From an uncultured Collinsella sp. (lineage in GTDB: Bacteria; Actinomycetota; Coriobacteriia; Coriobacteriales; Coriobacteriaceae): a stretch of DNA of 64,000 nucleotides. Positions 8,088 to 16,338 of this stretch are shown here, piece after piece. Made by a program: the position numbers and the translations under genes. A model generated the notes under the pieces. It did not search any database. It was not told the origin of the DNA and saw nothing but the letters and a program-made list of their open reading frames with translations. Position 1 is the stretch's first letter. The number at the start of each line of letters is the position of its first letter. Where the stretch lies: contig URMO01000002.1 of NCBI GenBank assembly GCA_900549085.1, positions 30,678-94,677 on the forward strand. Direction: 5' to 3'.

Positions 8088-9563
8088 TTACCTCATTTCC
8101 CTTTGCTTGAGCTGGCTTGCTTGACGGCGATTACGCAGGCGACGCTCCGCATCTGCGGAAGGCGTGGGCGGCACGTAATCGTGCGGGTGAATCTCGACGG
8201 CGGTCTGGGGATCAGCGGGTCGAACAAAATGACCAGGGGCGTCGGACGCGACAACAACGCCGCGTTCTTTAAGGTCTTCCTTAAACTGCTGGTAAAAATC
8301 GCAGAACTCAACTTGGTCCTGAACGACTTTGTCGACCGTCGCTTGATCTTGGGCTTTCATATCTTTGATGATGGTGGGGTTAACCGGATCTTCCGAAAAC
8401 TCGGATGGATCGGCCTCGACAACTCGCATCACAAGCTGCTGTTCGTGCGATCCCTTAAGGACGGCAACCGCCTTGCGCTTGTTCGTGTCGAAGATAAGGC
8501 GCCACGGCTTGCCAGACCCATCCATAACCGCATAACGGACAACGTCAGCCCCGTGTTCGGCCATAACCTCGTTAACGCAGCGCTCGATGTATTCGTCTTT
8601 AGCCGCCGAAGCAAGCGCGGCGTCTGCGGCATCCACGGCAGCGTACAAATCCTCAATCTCATGAGGCCGCCTGAGCACCGTCGGACGATGATAGCGTTCA
8701 TTAAGAAGATCAACGCGCAGGCGGTATTCCTCATACTGCTCATGAAGCTCATTCGACTCATGCTGAGCGCTTTTCATCACATGCTCGAAGTCCTTGAGAA
8801 TCTTCATGGCGGCAAGGCGCTGTTCCTCGCTCGAATCCGGACCAAGCGCGCTAAACGAAGCACGGGCGGTCTCGAATTTTGCACTTAGGCGATTTCGCAA
8901 CGTCATATCGAGCACCTCATCCTGCATAAGCGGGATAATGCGCGCCGCCCACTCTTCAAACGCGCGCGCTGCATCCTCAAAGGAACCCGCCGAGGAGCTT
9001 GCGGCGGTGTCCGCAATATGCAAGAGCGCTTTCTCGAGGTCGATGGAACCGTCGCGGGCAACGTCGTAATCGATTGCCTTTAGGAGACCCTGGGTCCTGA
9101 GCTTTTCGGACGTCTGCGCGGCATCGATACGGCTCTGGCCCATCTCTGCCCTGCGATGGGTATGGGCATCGAAAGTTAACGTCGGAATCAGAGTGTGAAG
9201 CGTCGCCGCCAGCTGAGCCAACGCCGACTCAGTTCGAATCCGCGTCACCGTGCCTCGACCCATGACGATCTCTTCGCCCACAAGCGGTCCCGTCACGTTT
9301 TTCCTCGAATATTCGTCAATCACGCTATCCAACGCGGCGCGTGTCGACTCATCCATATCGGGAAACTCAAGGAGCATCTGCGACTTGATGTCCAATAGCC
9401 CATGCCTATAGTCCTTAACGGCATTTTCTGCCTCGGCCTTCTCCGCCTCAATGCGCAACGCCGCTGCCCCGGCAACAATTGCAGCGGGGGCCAATGGCAC
9501 TGCCAGCGGTGAAGTGGCTATTCCGGCAGCGACTACAAAATTATCTCCCACCGAGCCGCTCAT
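8088..9563 (-). CDS. Hypothetical protein, first gene of the coupled operon
   Basis: Long ORF (525 aa from an upstream TTG; ~491 aa from ATG MSGSVGDNF, which has an AAGGGAA SD). One N-terminal hydrophobic segment; no recognisable domain. Start is uncertain. Confidence 0.5.
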   Translation of the reverse strand: MSGSVGDNFVVAAGIATSPLAVPLAPAAIVAGAAALRIEAEKAEAENAVKDYRHGLLDIKSQMLLEFPDMDESTRAALDSVIDEYSRKNVTGPLVGEEIVMGRGTVTRIRTESALAQLAATLHTLIPTLTFDAHTHRRAEMGQSRIDAAQTSEKLRTQGLLKAIDYDVARDGSIDLEKALLHIADTAASSSAGSFEDAARAFEEWAARIIPLMQDEVLDMTLRNRLSAKFETARASFSALGPDSSEEQRLAAMKILKDFEHVMKSAQHESNELHEQYEEYRLRVDLLNERYHRPTVLRRPHEIEDLYAAVDAADAALASAAKDEYIERCVNEVMAEHGADVVRYAVMDGSGKPWRLIFDTNKRKAVAVLKGSHEQQLVMRVVEADPSEFSEDPVNPTIIKDMKAQDQATVDKVVQDQVEFCDFYQQFKEDLKERGVVVASDAPGHFVRPADPQTAVEIHPHDYVPPTPSADAERRLRNRRQASQLKQREMR

Positions 9564-9753
9564 TGTCACGTTCCCTTCTTCATGGATAACGGGGCCATCC
9601 CGGTCATCAAGCGTTTTTACTGCCTCATTTCTACCGCCGTCTTGCGCGATTCTGTTGCGCAACATTGGCGAGTGGCAGATTTGTCGATGTTGCGCAACAG
9701 AAGGCAGCGGCTAGCGCATATCCTGCTAATGGAAGAAAGGATGAAAGCGCGCC

Positions 9754-11001
9754 ATGACCGGATCCTACGAAGAAGTTCGACTCGTCAAGTTTCATACGCC
9801 AGCACTGCTCTCCGAGCGTGAGCAGGCCGCGGCACGGCGTCGCTTTTGCACGCTTCTCGTTCCGCCGCAAAAGGGCGGCTTTGGCGGCAACGCCTATGTC
9901 CGCCGCGTCCAGAGCGGCGATCGCGCTTTTGAGCTCGCGCTTAAGATGCCGCGCCCCGATGCCCAGCCCGAGCAAGAACAGCTCAACCGAGAAACTTTGG
10001 AAGAGGAGTACCGCACGCTCTCCGTCGTATCCAACCTAAGGGGTTTTCCCGATGTCTATGGTTTTGGCTACACGGCAGACGGAACCCCGGCACTGCTCAT
10101 GGAGTGGGTTGATGGCGTCTCGCTTCTTGATGCACGGCGGGCTCTGAGTGATGGCGCTGAAACCTGCCCCGGTGATATCGTCGCCGCGCTGGGTCTGAGC
10201 GTGCTCAAGATCATCTTGTCCACGCAATCGCTCGACACGCCCTTTGTTCACCGCGACCTCTCCATGCGCAACATCATGCTGCGTCACGATCGCATCCCGC
10301 TCGAGGAGCAGGTCTCGAGTGGCTATTTCGACATCTGCCTGATCGATATGGGCAGTGCAAAACTCGTTAAGCCCGATTTTTCCTTTACCGTCGACGTCAA
10401 CGCTTTTCGCGGCGCCACGCCGGCATACGCGGCACCCGAAATGCTGGAGCGGTTTAAGGCCGACCCCGGTGCGCGCGACAATCCCGCCGTCGACATCTAT
10501 GCGCTGGGAAGCATCCTCTACGAGCTTTATTGCGGACGCGCCCCCTTTGAGGCGGAGCTCAGGCGCTCTGGAGATCACGCGCGTCTCAAGCGCACCGTGC
10601 AGCCGCAACCCCTTACGCCCGCAACTCCCCGCGAACAGGGCTTGGTCAACGCGATTATGGCTTGTTTGGCAGTCTCGCAAGACGCACGCCCTTCGGCAAA
10701 TGAACTCGCGGCGCGCCTTGAGCCTTTCGCCCGTACGGGTGCCCCGCGAAAGCACCGGCCCGTGGCGGATCGCGGCAGCGCTACCGTGCGGGTGGATGCC
10801 ACCGTCCCCACCCGCACGGTTGCACAGGTGCAGCCCGCGTCTCGACCAGCCCCATCCACCGAGACCGTCCGCAGCGCCGAGTCCATGCGTCGCGCGCGCC
10901 TTGCCGTCAAACGTCAACGCACGATAGCACTCACGATGGTGATTGTTGCCCTGGCAGCAATCGTGGTCATACTCGTCCTCGCATCTGCCGGCATGCTTTA
11001 G
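9754..11001 (+). CDS. Ser/Thr protein kinase with C-terminal TM anchor
   Basis: 415 aa. Motifs GGFGGNAY, ALK, HRDLSMRN, DMG, YAAPE; Pro-rich linker and a C-terminal TM helix. Divergent from the six-gene operon. Confidence 0.85.
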   Translation: MTGSYEEVRLVKFHTPALLSEREQAAARRRFCTLLVPPQKGGFGGNAYVRRVQSGDRAFELALKMPRPDAQPEQEQLNRETLEEEYRTLSVVSNLRGFPDVYGFGYTADGTPALLMEWVDGVSLLDARRALSDGAETCPGDIVAALGLSVLKIILSTQSLDTPFVHRDLSMRNIMLRHDRIPLEEQVSSGYFDICLIDMGSAKLVKPDFSFTVDVNAFRGATPAYAAPEMLERFKADPGARDNPAVDIYALGSILYELYCGRAPFEAELRRSGDHARLKRTVQPQPLTPATPREQGLVNAIMACLAVSQDARPSANELAARLEPFARTGAPRKHRPVADRGSATVRVDATVPTRTVAQVQPASRPAPSTETVRSAESMRRARLAVKRQRTIALTMVIVALAAIVVILVLASAGML

Positions 11002-11040
11002 CCGGCAGTAAAACCAAAGTCAGCAAATAGACCCATTTGC

Positions 11041-11088
11041 AAAAAGCGGTGGCGGGCGCAACTCTCAATAAAGCCGCGCCCGCCACCG
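11041..11088 (-). terminator. GC-rich terminator hairpin between convergent kinase and zinc-ribbon genes
   Basis: GCGGTGGCGGGCGC ... GCGCCCGCCACCG 13-bp stem, followed by a TTTTTG run on the minus strand. Confidence 0.55.
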
Positions 11089-11121
11089 TCCCCATGCATC
11101 GCACGCTGACAATACGAGGTA

Positions 11122-12366
11122 CTAGGAAATCAAAAGCTCAAAGGAATCCGTGATGCGCGTTCCCATGTTAACGGCGCCGTCTCCCGATTCGACTGTGGTA
11201 TTCAGGTAGTACTTGCCATTTTTCTTTTTAGGTACACCCGTAACCGTAAGGTCGCAGTCCTCCTCCTCGACGGGAAGCGAAAACTCAAAACCCTTGTTTC
11301 TAACAAACGTACCGGTGACGTCCGTGTAGGTGCGATAGTCGTCACCATCGGATTGGGCGACGGTTTTTTCGGCGTTGTAGGTATCGTGGGCATGCAGCGT
11401 GGCCGAGATGTCTGCGACCGCTTCGCCGGAATCGCTGATGCTCTTAAACACAATCACAAGGTCGTTTTTGCTCGCGCCGTAGCAAGTATGGCCCCAAGAG
11501 TTGCCCGTCTCCTTAAGTGATCCGCGCCACGTGGTGTTGGCAAAGCTCGTGGGCTTATCGATGTTGAGCTTCGCTGTGCTACCAGAGGTCGTAGTGGTCG
11601 ACGAGGTCGCATTGCCCGTCGTGGAAGAGCCCTCGGCATTGGAGCTGGCGTCCTCGCCGTTCTTGCTTGCGGTCTTGAGCTCTGCCTTAGCATCCTTAAG
11701 GTCGGACTTTGTCTGATCGAGCTCGTCTTGCGTTTTTGTGAGTTCGTCCTTGGAAGATTCAAGCTGCTTCTTGAGCTTTTGAATCTGCTCCGTATTTTGC
11801 GGATGAGCCAAACCATATGAGTAGCCCGCCCAGCCGGTTCCCGCGCACAAGGCGGCAACGACAATAACGCCGGCGGCGATGGCGGGCGCATACGACTTGC
11901 CCAGGCGCTTGCGTGCCAGCTTGTACTCGGCCTTGGCCGTCTTGAGGCTCTCGCGGTCCTGCTCGAGCTGCTCTTCCTCACTGAGCGGCGTAGAACCAAA
12001 ATCGGCATGGCAGGCAGGCTCAGTTTCCACGTCCTCGATCGTAGTGCCAAAGTCTGACAAGGGATCGACTACACGCGTGGCGTCCGAATCGGATTCGGGC
12101 ACAGCGGGCTCAAACGCGCCGGGTGCCGCCACCGGCTGCTCGTCTGCTTTCGAGGCAGCATCCGCCTTAGGCAACTCCACCGTTGCCGCCGTAGCGGCCT
12201 CGCCGTCGCGCCAAGAAAAGGCAGGGCTTTGCGACACGGTCTGGGGCGTAGTATAGGGATCTTCGGAAACGGGCGCAGTCGACGAGGGCGCGGCAAGAGG
12301 CGATCCACACTCAGAGCAAAAACTAGCGTCATCGGTCAACAATGCACCGCAATAAGGGCATTCCAT
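11122..12366 (-). CDS. Zinc-ribbon / TM / coiled-coil membrane protein with extracellular C-terminal domain
   Basis: 414 aa. N-terminal CPYCG...CSECG zinc ribbon, acidic linker, TM helix (IAAGVIVVAALCAGTGWAGY), a QKLKKQLESSKDELTKTQDELDQTKSDLKDAKAEL coiled coil, a Ser/Thr-rich linker and a C-terminal domain. Confidence 0.7.
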   Translation of the reverse strand: MECPYCGALLTDDASFCSECGSPLAAPSSTAPVSEDPYTTPQTVSQSPAFSWRDGEAATAATVELPKADAASKADEQPVAAPGAFEPAVPESDSDATRVVDPLSDFGTTIEDVETEPACHADFGSTPLSEEEQLEQDRESLKTAKAEYKLARKRLGKSYAPAIAAGVIVVAALCAGTGWAGYSYGLAHPQNTEQIQKLKKQLESSKDELTKTQDELDQTKSDLKDAKAELKTASKNGEDASSNAEGSSTTGNATSSTTTTSGSTAKLNIDKPTSFANTTWRGSLKETGNSWGHTCYGASKNDLVIVFKSISDSGEAVADISATLHAHDTYNAEKTVAQSDGDDYRTYTDVTGTFVRNKGFEFSLPVEEEDCDLTVTGVPKKKNGKYYLNTTVESGDGAVNMGTRITDSFELLIS

Positions 12367-12549
12367 AGGGCACGACCTCTCAAAATGTGTCGTTTGCAGC
12401 CATCCTGCAACTTGGCGTATCTGCCCTATAATGTCTCAATAGTTATGCAAAGCGTTGCGCAACATTTTTCGAGTCGGTACGCTTTGAGCGTAGCCATTAT
12501 TTCCTATCATGTTTGCAGTACGTCATTAAAGTTATCTGGGGAGGCAGCC

Positions 12550-13512
12550 ATGGCGGCGGAAACACCGTGCTCGGTCCTCTACAACGACATCCGATCGTTC
12601 GGCGGTCTCAAGCATCTCGAGATTGCGCGAATGCTCATTAACGGCAATTCGTATGCAGGCAGTACCCTGCTCGACAAATGCTCTACCAACCGCTCGTACC
12701 TCACTCGCTACATCGTCCACCGCGAGCCCGATCAGTGTGCGCCAGGTATCTACAATGACCTTACCGTCTCCACGCTTAACCTTGCCGCCGCCATTAGTAA
12801 CAAGCTCGGCGGAGGCGATCGCGCCTATCAGGAAATATCCGAGCATTACAGCGGCCCGGCGGCCCAAGGCATGATGTCGGCTCTCGCCGATTATGACCTC
12901 GACGACCGCCTCTACGCCAATGCCTTGGGGCGTATCAACAGCTCCGATGACCACGGCCCCCGCGAAAAAAGCACGCTCTTCTTGATGCTCTTTGTGGCAA
13001 CGGGCGCACTTGCCGACCCCGTACAAGGCGTGGCCACCGTCGAGCGCTTTTGCGACAGCAAGACGGGCGGGCACTTTGGCACCACCGAAACTACCGTCGG
13101 ACGTGGCTTTATGGGCAGCCTGGAGCAGCCGCGCACCGTTGCCCCCAACCTCGGTCTGCTCAGGACACATGCCGACAACTGCGTCGACATGCAAATCCAT
13201 CCCCTCACACGCGATCCGCGCGGCACCGTGATTGGTTCTTTGCCCAAAACTTCGCCCAGCATCACCGATGTGGGTGCCGATGCATCGCGCGAGCATCTTC
13301 GCATTTGGCTTGAGGGTGAGCGCTGGTACGCCCAGGGCCTTGGATCGACCAACGGCACGGTGCTCGAATCGGGTGCAGGCGACGGCGATACCGTAATCGA
13401 GCCGCCCCGTGACCAACGAGAGCCCGGCAAAGTCTATCCCCCCGTGGAAATCGCTAACAGTGACAGACTTCATTTGGGTCTCTATACAACGTTTCTCGTT
13501 ATTGTGGACTAG
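12550..13512 (+). CDS. FHA-domain protein (C-terminal FHA), N-terminal domain unknown
   Basis: ATG with GGGGAGG SD (the ORF-track start at 12229 is a 5' over-extension). C-terminal ...GERWYAQGLGSTNGTVL...L fits an FHA core. Confidence 0.7.
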   Translation: MAAETPCSVLYNDIRSFGGLKHLEIARMLINGNSYAGSTLLDKCSTNRSYLTRYIVHREPDQCAPGIYNDLTVSTLNLAAAISNKLGGGDRAYQEISEHYSGPAAQGMMSALADYDLDDRLYANALGRINSSDDHGPREKSTLFLMLFVATGALADPVQGVATVERFCDSKTGGHFGTTETTVGRGFMGSLEQPRTVAPNLGLLRTHADNCVDMQIHPLTRDPRGTVIGSLPKTSPSITDVGADASREHLRIWLEGERWYAQGLGSTNGTVLESGAGDGDTVIEPPRDQREPGKVYPPVEIANSDRLHLGLYTTFLVIVD

Positions 13513-13682
13513 CGCGTAGAGACGTGGGAAACAGGTGTCACTCGTCTTATATCATTTACGTTGCGCGCTGCACTATAAATAGCAATACGAGTCAGCTTAT
13601 CGGCGAACACGTCTATCATGGGCTTTAATCGATAATCGCGTTCTCGGCGTGAGCACGCGGCCCCACCAAATGAAGGAACGTC

Positions 13683-15767
13683 TTGGATACCACCAACACC
13701 GCCCCTGGCGACAAACTCATCCGTCTCGACACGTTCGACACCGCCGTGGCGGTCGACCCCAGCGCCGAGGACGACGCCAAGCGACGGTTTATGACGCTTA
13801 TTCTTCAGACTGCATACCGCGACGGCGGCAATATCGGACACGTGCTTCGCGCGACCAACACAAGCGGCGAGGTCTTTGCCGTCAAGCTGCTCAAGGACAA
13901 CGCCATCCTTTCCGGCCAAGCCCCCGATCGCTCCGCCGAGCAAGCGGCTGCGCACCTGGCCAACACCGCCGCCCTGTTCGAGGAGTACCGTCATCTGTGC
14001 ACCGTCTCGCACCTGCGCGGATTTCCGCGCGTCTATGGCTATGGATCGTGCGAGGACGACCCGCTCATCCTCATGGAGTGGGTCGAGGGCACCTCGCTCA
14101 AGCAGGCGCTGCCCTTGCTTCCGCACGATGTCTCGGGCGGGCTAACCACCCAGATGGTGGCCGCCGTTGGAAACGCCGTGCTTCGCGCACTCCTGATGAC
14201 CCAGGGACTCGTAAATCCGGTCGTCCATCGCGACCTGTCGCCCGCCAATATCATGTTCCGTACCACCAGTCGAACGCTCGAGCAGCAGATCGTCGATTGC
14301 TCCTTTGACCCCTGCCTCATCGACATGGGCTCCGCGACCATGGCCCTCGGCGATGACACGATCACCCGGCGCGCCGACATCTGGCGCTTTGCCACGCCCG
14401 CATACGCCGCGCCCGAGATGCTCACGCAGGATATCGAAGGCATCGCGGCCCTTCGCCGCTCGCCCGCCATCGATGTCTACGCGCTTTCGAGCATTCTGTA
14501 CCAGCTCTACAGCGGTCACAAACCGTTCGATGTTGAGTCGACGGGCGCCGCGGCAACCGGCTCGTTCTACCTCATAAAGACCAAGACCAAGCCGGCACCG
14601 CTCGAGCCGCGATGCAATGACGACGAGGCACTCGTCCAGATCATCATGAAAGGCATTTCAGTCGAGCAGTGCGATCGTCCCACCGAGCAGCAGATGCTCG
14701 AGGTGCTCTCGGCATACCTCACCGATGCCGAATCCGAGGGCCGCGAAGGCGCAGGAGACGAGGCCGCGATTGATATCGATTCTGGCACGCACCTTAAGGT
14801 CGACGTCGCCGGCGAGCGCGCGCGAGAGATCCTGGAGCAGGCCCGGCACGATGCCATGACCCGCCGCCGCTTTATTATCGGTGGCGTTGTCGCAGCCGTT
14901 GCGGGGCTCGGCGTTATCGGGGCGGCAACCCATGGCTTTGGCATCCCCGACTACCTGGACGGCATCCGCGGTTCACTTGACGACTACACCTGGGATCAGC
15001 TGCAGGAGATTTCGCTCAAGATTAAGGCCGCCGAGACCCGTAGCGAGGCACGCGAGATTGCAAAGCGTTACCATCTGCTCGATGCCGATGGGCACATCCC
15101 CTATCCGTGCACCAAGCGCGTGAGGCTCACCAACGGGTTGCACGTCGGCGCGCAGCTTGTGGGCATCCGCCACGACGAGCTTCTAGACGGTACGGGCAAG
15201 GCAGGGTTAACGTTTATGTTCGATGCCGGCATTGCCGAGCGCAACGCCGCGGCCCAACCGTTGAGCGCCGGCTGGGCAGATTGCGAGCTGCGGGAATGGC
15301 TCGACGGCGACGGCCTTAAGCTGCTGCCCAACGAGTTGCGCGCACTCATTAAATCTGTCAAAAAGATCTCGAATAACGTTGGCGCCGCCAGAAGTGCATC
15401 GTGTCTGAGCGAGCTGCCCGCAACTCTTTGGCTGCCCGCCATGGTCGAGCTGTGCGGAGTGCAGCCGCCCGAGTCGTTTACCGAGGGCTTTCACTACCTG
15501 GCCGACATCTATAACGGCGAGGGCAAGGAGTATCAGCTCTTCCGTGAGCTCAAGGTAAGTCCGTATACCACGAACGAGACGTTGGTTCGCCAGTGGAAGG
15601 GCAAGGACACCTGTTGGTGGGAACGAACGGCGAGTCCCGACACATCGGAGAGCGAAGGCACACTCTATATGAATCGCGTGGGACACGACGGCGACGTCTT
15701 TACGTACGCAACGCCCGCGGAAAAGCCAAACAAGCGAACCTGCGTGATTCCTGGATTCTGCATCTAA
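13683..15767 (+). CDS. Transmembrane Ser/Thr protein kinase with large extracytoplasmic C-terminal domain
   Basis: 694 aa, TTG start. Motifs AVKLLK, HRDLSPAN, DMG, YAAPE; one TM helix (IIGGVVAAVAGLGVIGAA) and a ~280-aa extracellular domain with several Cys. Confidence 0.85.
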   Translation: MDTTNTAPGDKLIRLDTFDTAVAVDPSAEDDAKRRFMTLILQTAYRDGGNIGHVLRATNTSGEVFAVKLLKDNAILSGQAPDRSAEQAAAHLANTAALFEEYRHLCTVSHLRGFPRVYGYGSCEDDPLILMEWVEGTSLKQALPLLPHDVSGGLTTQMVAAVGNAVLRALLMTQGLVNPVVHRDLSPANIMFRTTSRTLEQQIVDCSFDPCLIDMGSATMALGDDTITRRADIWRFATPAYAAPEMLTQDIEGIAALRRSPAIDVYALSSILYQLYSGHKPFDVESTGAAATGSFYLIKTKTKPAPLEPRCNDDEALVQIIMKGISVEQCDRPTEQQMLEVLSAYLTDAESEGREGAGDEAAIDIDSGTHLKVDVAGERAREILEQARHDAMTRRRFIIGGVVAAVAGLGVIGAATHGFGIPDYLDGIRGSLDDYTWDQLQEISLKIKAAETRSEAREIAKRYHLLDADGHIPYPCTKRVRLTNGLHVGAQLVGIRHDELLDGTGKAGLTFMFDAGIAERNAAAQPLSAGWADCELREWLDGDGLKLLPNELRALIKSVKKISNNVGAARSASCLSELPATLWLPAMVELCGVQPPESFTEGFHYLADIYNGEGKEYQLFRELKVSPYTTNETLVRQWKGKDTCWWERTASPDTSESEGTLYMNRVGHDGDVFTYATPAEKPNKRTCVIPGFCI

Positions 15768-15809
15768 GCAGCGGGCGTCTTGCCGTGACGGGACCCCACC
15801 CCGGCAATT

Positions 15810-16187
15810 GTCTTGATCTGTAACACTAGCTCGGCAGATACGGGTCTAGATGTTACAGATCGAGACAAACCCCAACCCCGCGAGACAACATCTCAATCTG
15901 TAACAGTAAGGGGTCAAAAACCTCTCTAGATGTTACAGATCAAGACATTTGAGTTGACCCCGGGCAGTCTGTCTTGATCTGTAACAGTTAGAGGTCATTT
16001 TCCCTGCTAGATGTTACAGATTGAGACATTGAGTTTCCTGCCAGTTGTTTGTCTCGACCTGTAACAAATACTCGGTAAAACGGGATCTAGCTGTTACAGA
16101 TCGAGACGTTAGTTTTCGGCTGAAATGTTCGTCCAAATCTGTAACAGCTATGGTTCAAAAACCGATCCAGATGTTACAGATTGAGAT
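15810..16187. repeat. Family-1 palindromic repeat array no. 1 (5 hairpin units, strict 80-bp period)
   Basis: Five repeats of GTCTYGATCTGTAACA - 25-nt loop - TGTTACAGATYGAGAC, separated by 23-nt linkers. Unit starts at 15810, 15890, 15971, 16051 and 16131. Confidence 0.9.
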
Positions 16188-16264
16188 GATTTGTTGGGGC
16201 GGACCATCGGTCAACCAACTACCCTCATCTGTAGCGAGATGTCATACATTTATTCTGTACTAGA

Positions 16265-16291
16265 CACCCCCAGGGGGTATGGGTGTATAGT
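16265..16291 (+). promoter_or_regulatory. Candidate CsoR operator overlapping the copA promoter
   Basis: GC-tract pseudo-palindrome ACACCCCCAGGGGGTAT lies between TAGACA (-35-like) and TATAGT (-10-like), ~50 nt upstream of the copA GTG. It resembles known CsoR operators of the form TACCC-N-GGGGTA. Confidence 0.6.
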
Positions 16292-16338
16292 ATCGGCAGG
16301 TTAACAATTCCAACACCAAACAACAGGAAGGAGAAGCC

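Noticed and set aside
4559-9665. Search for a glycyl-radical (RVSGY-type) motif in the AAA+ and 525-aa proteins as the radical-SAM activase target
   Set aside because: No such motif was found by eye in either protein, so the activase target stays unknown. I have not claimed a glycyl-radical enzyme.
12229-12549. Upstream extension of the FHA gene to 12229 (427-aa version)
   Set aside because: The extension overlaps the divergent zinc-ribbon gene and the promoter region (TATAAT at ~12428). An ATG with a GGGGAGG SD at 12550 is a much better start.
15810-16187. CRISPR array interpretation of the family-1 hairpin arrays (regular repeats with variable 'spacers')
   Set aside because: The repeats are only 16 nt and alternate in orientation, so every adjacent pair forms a hairpin. 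There are no cas genes within 64 kb. The 'spacers' (loops and linkers) recur as degenerate types across all five arrays instead of being unique. This is BIME/REP-like, not CRISPR.
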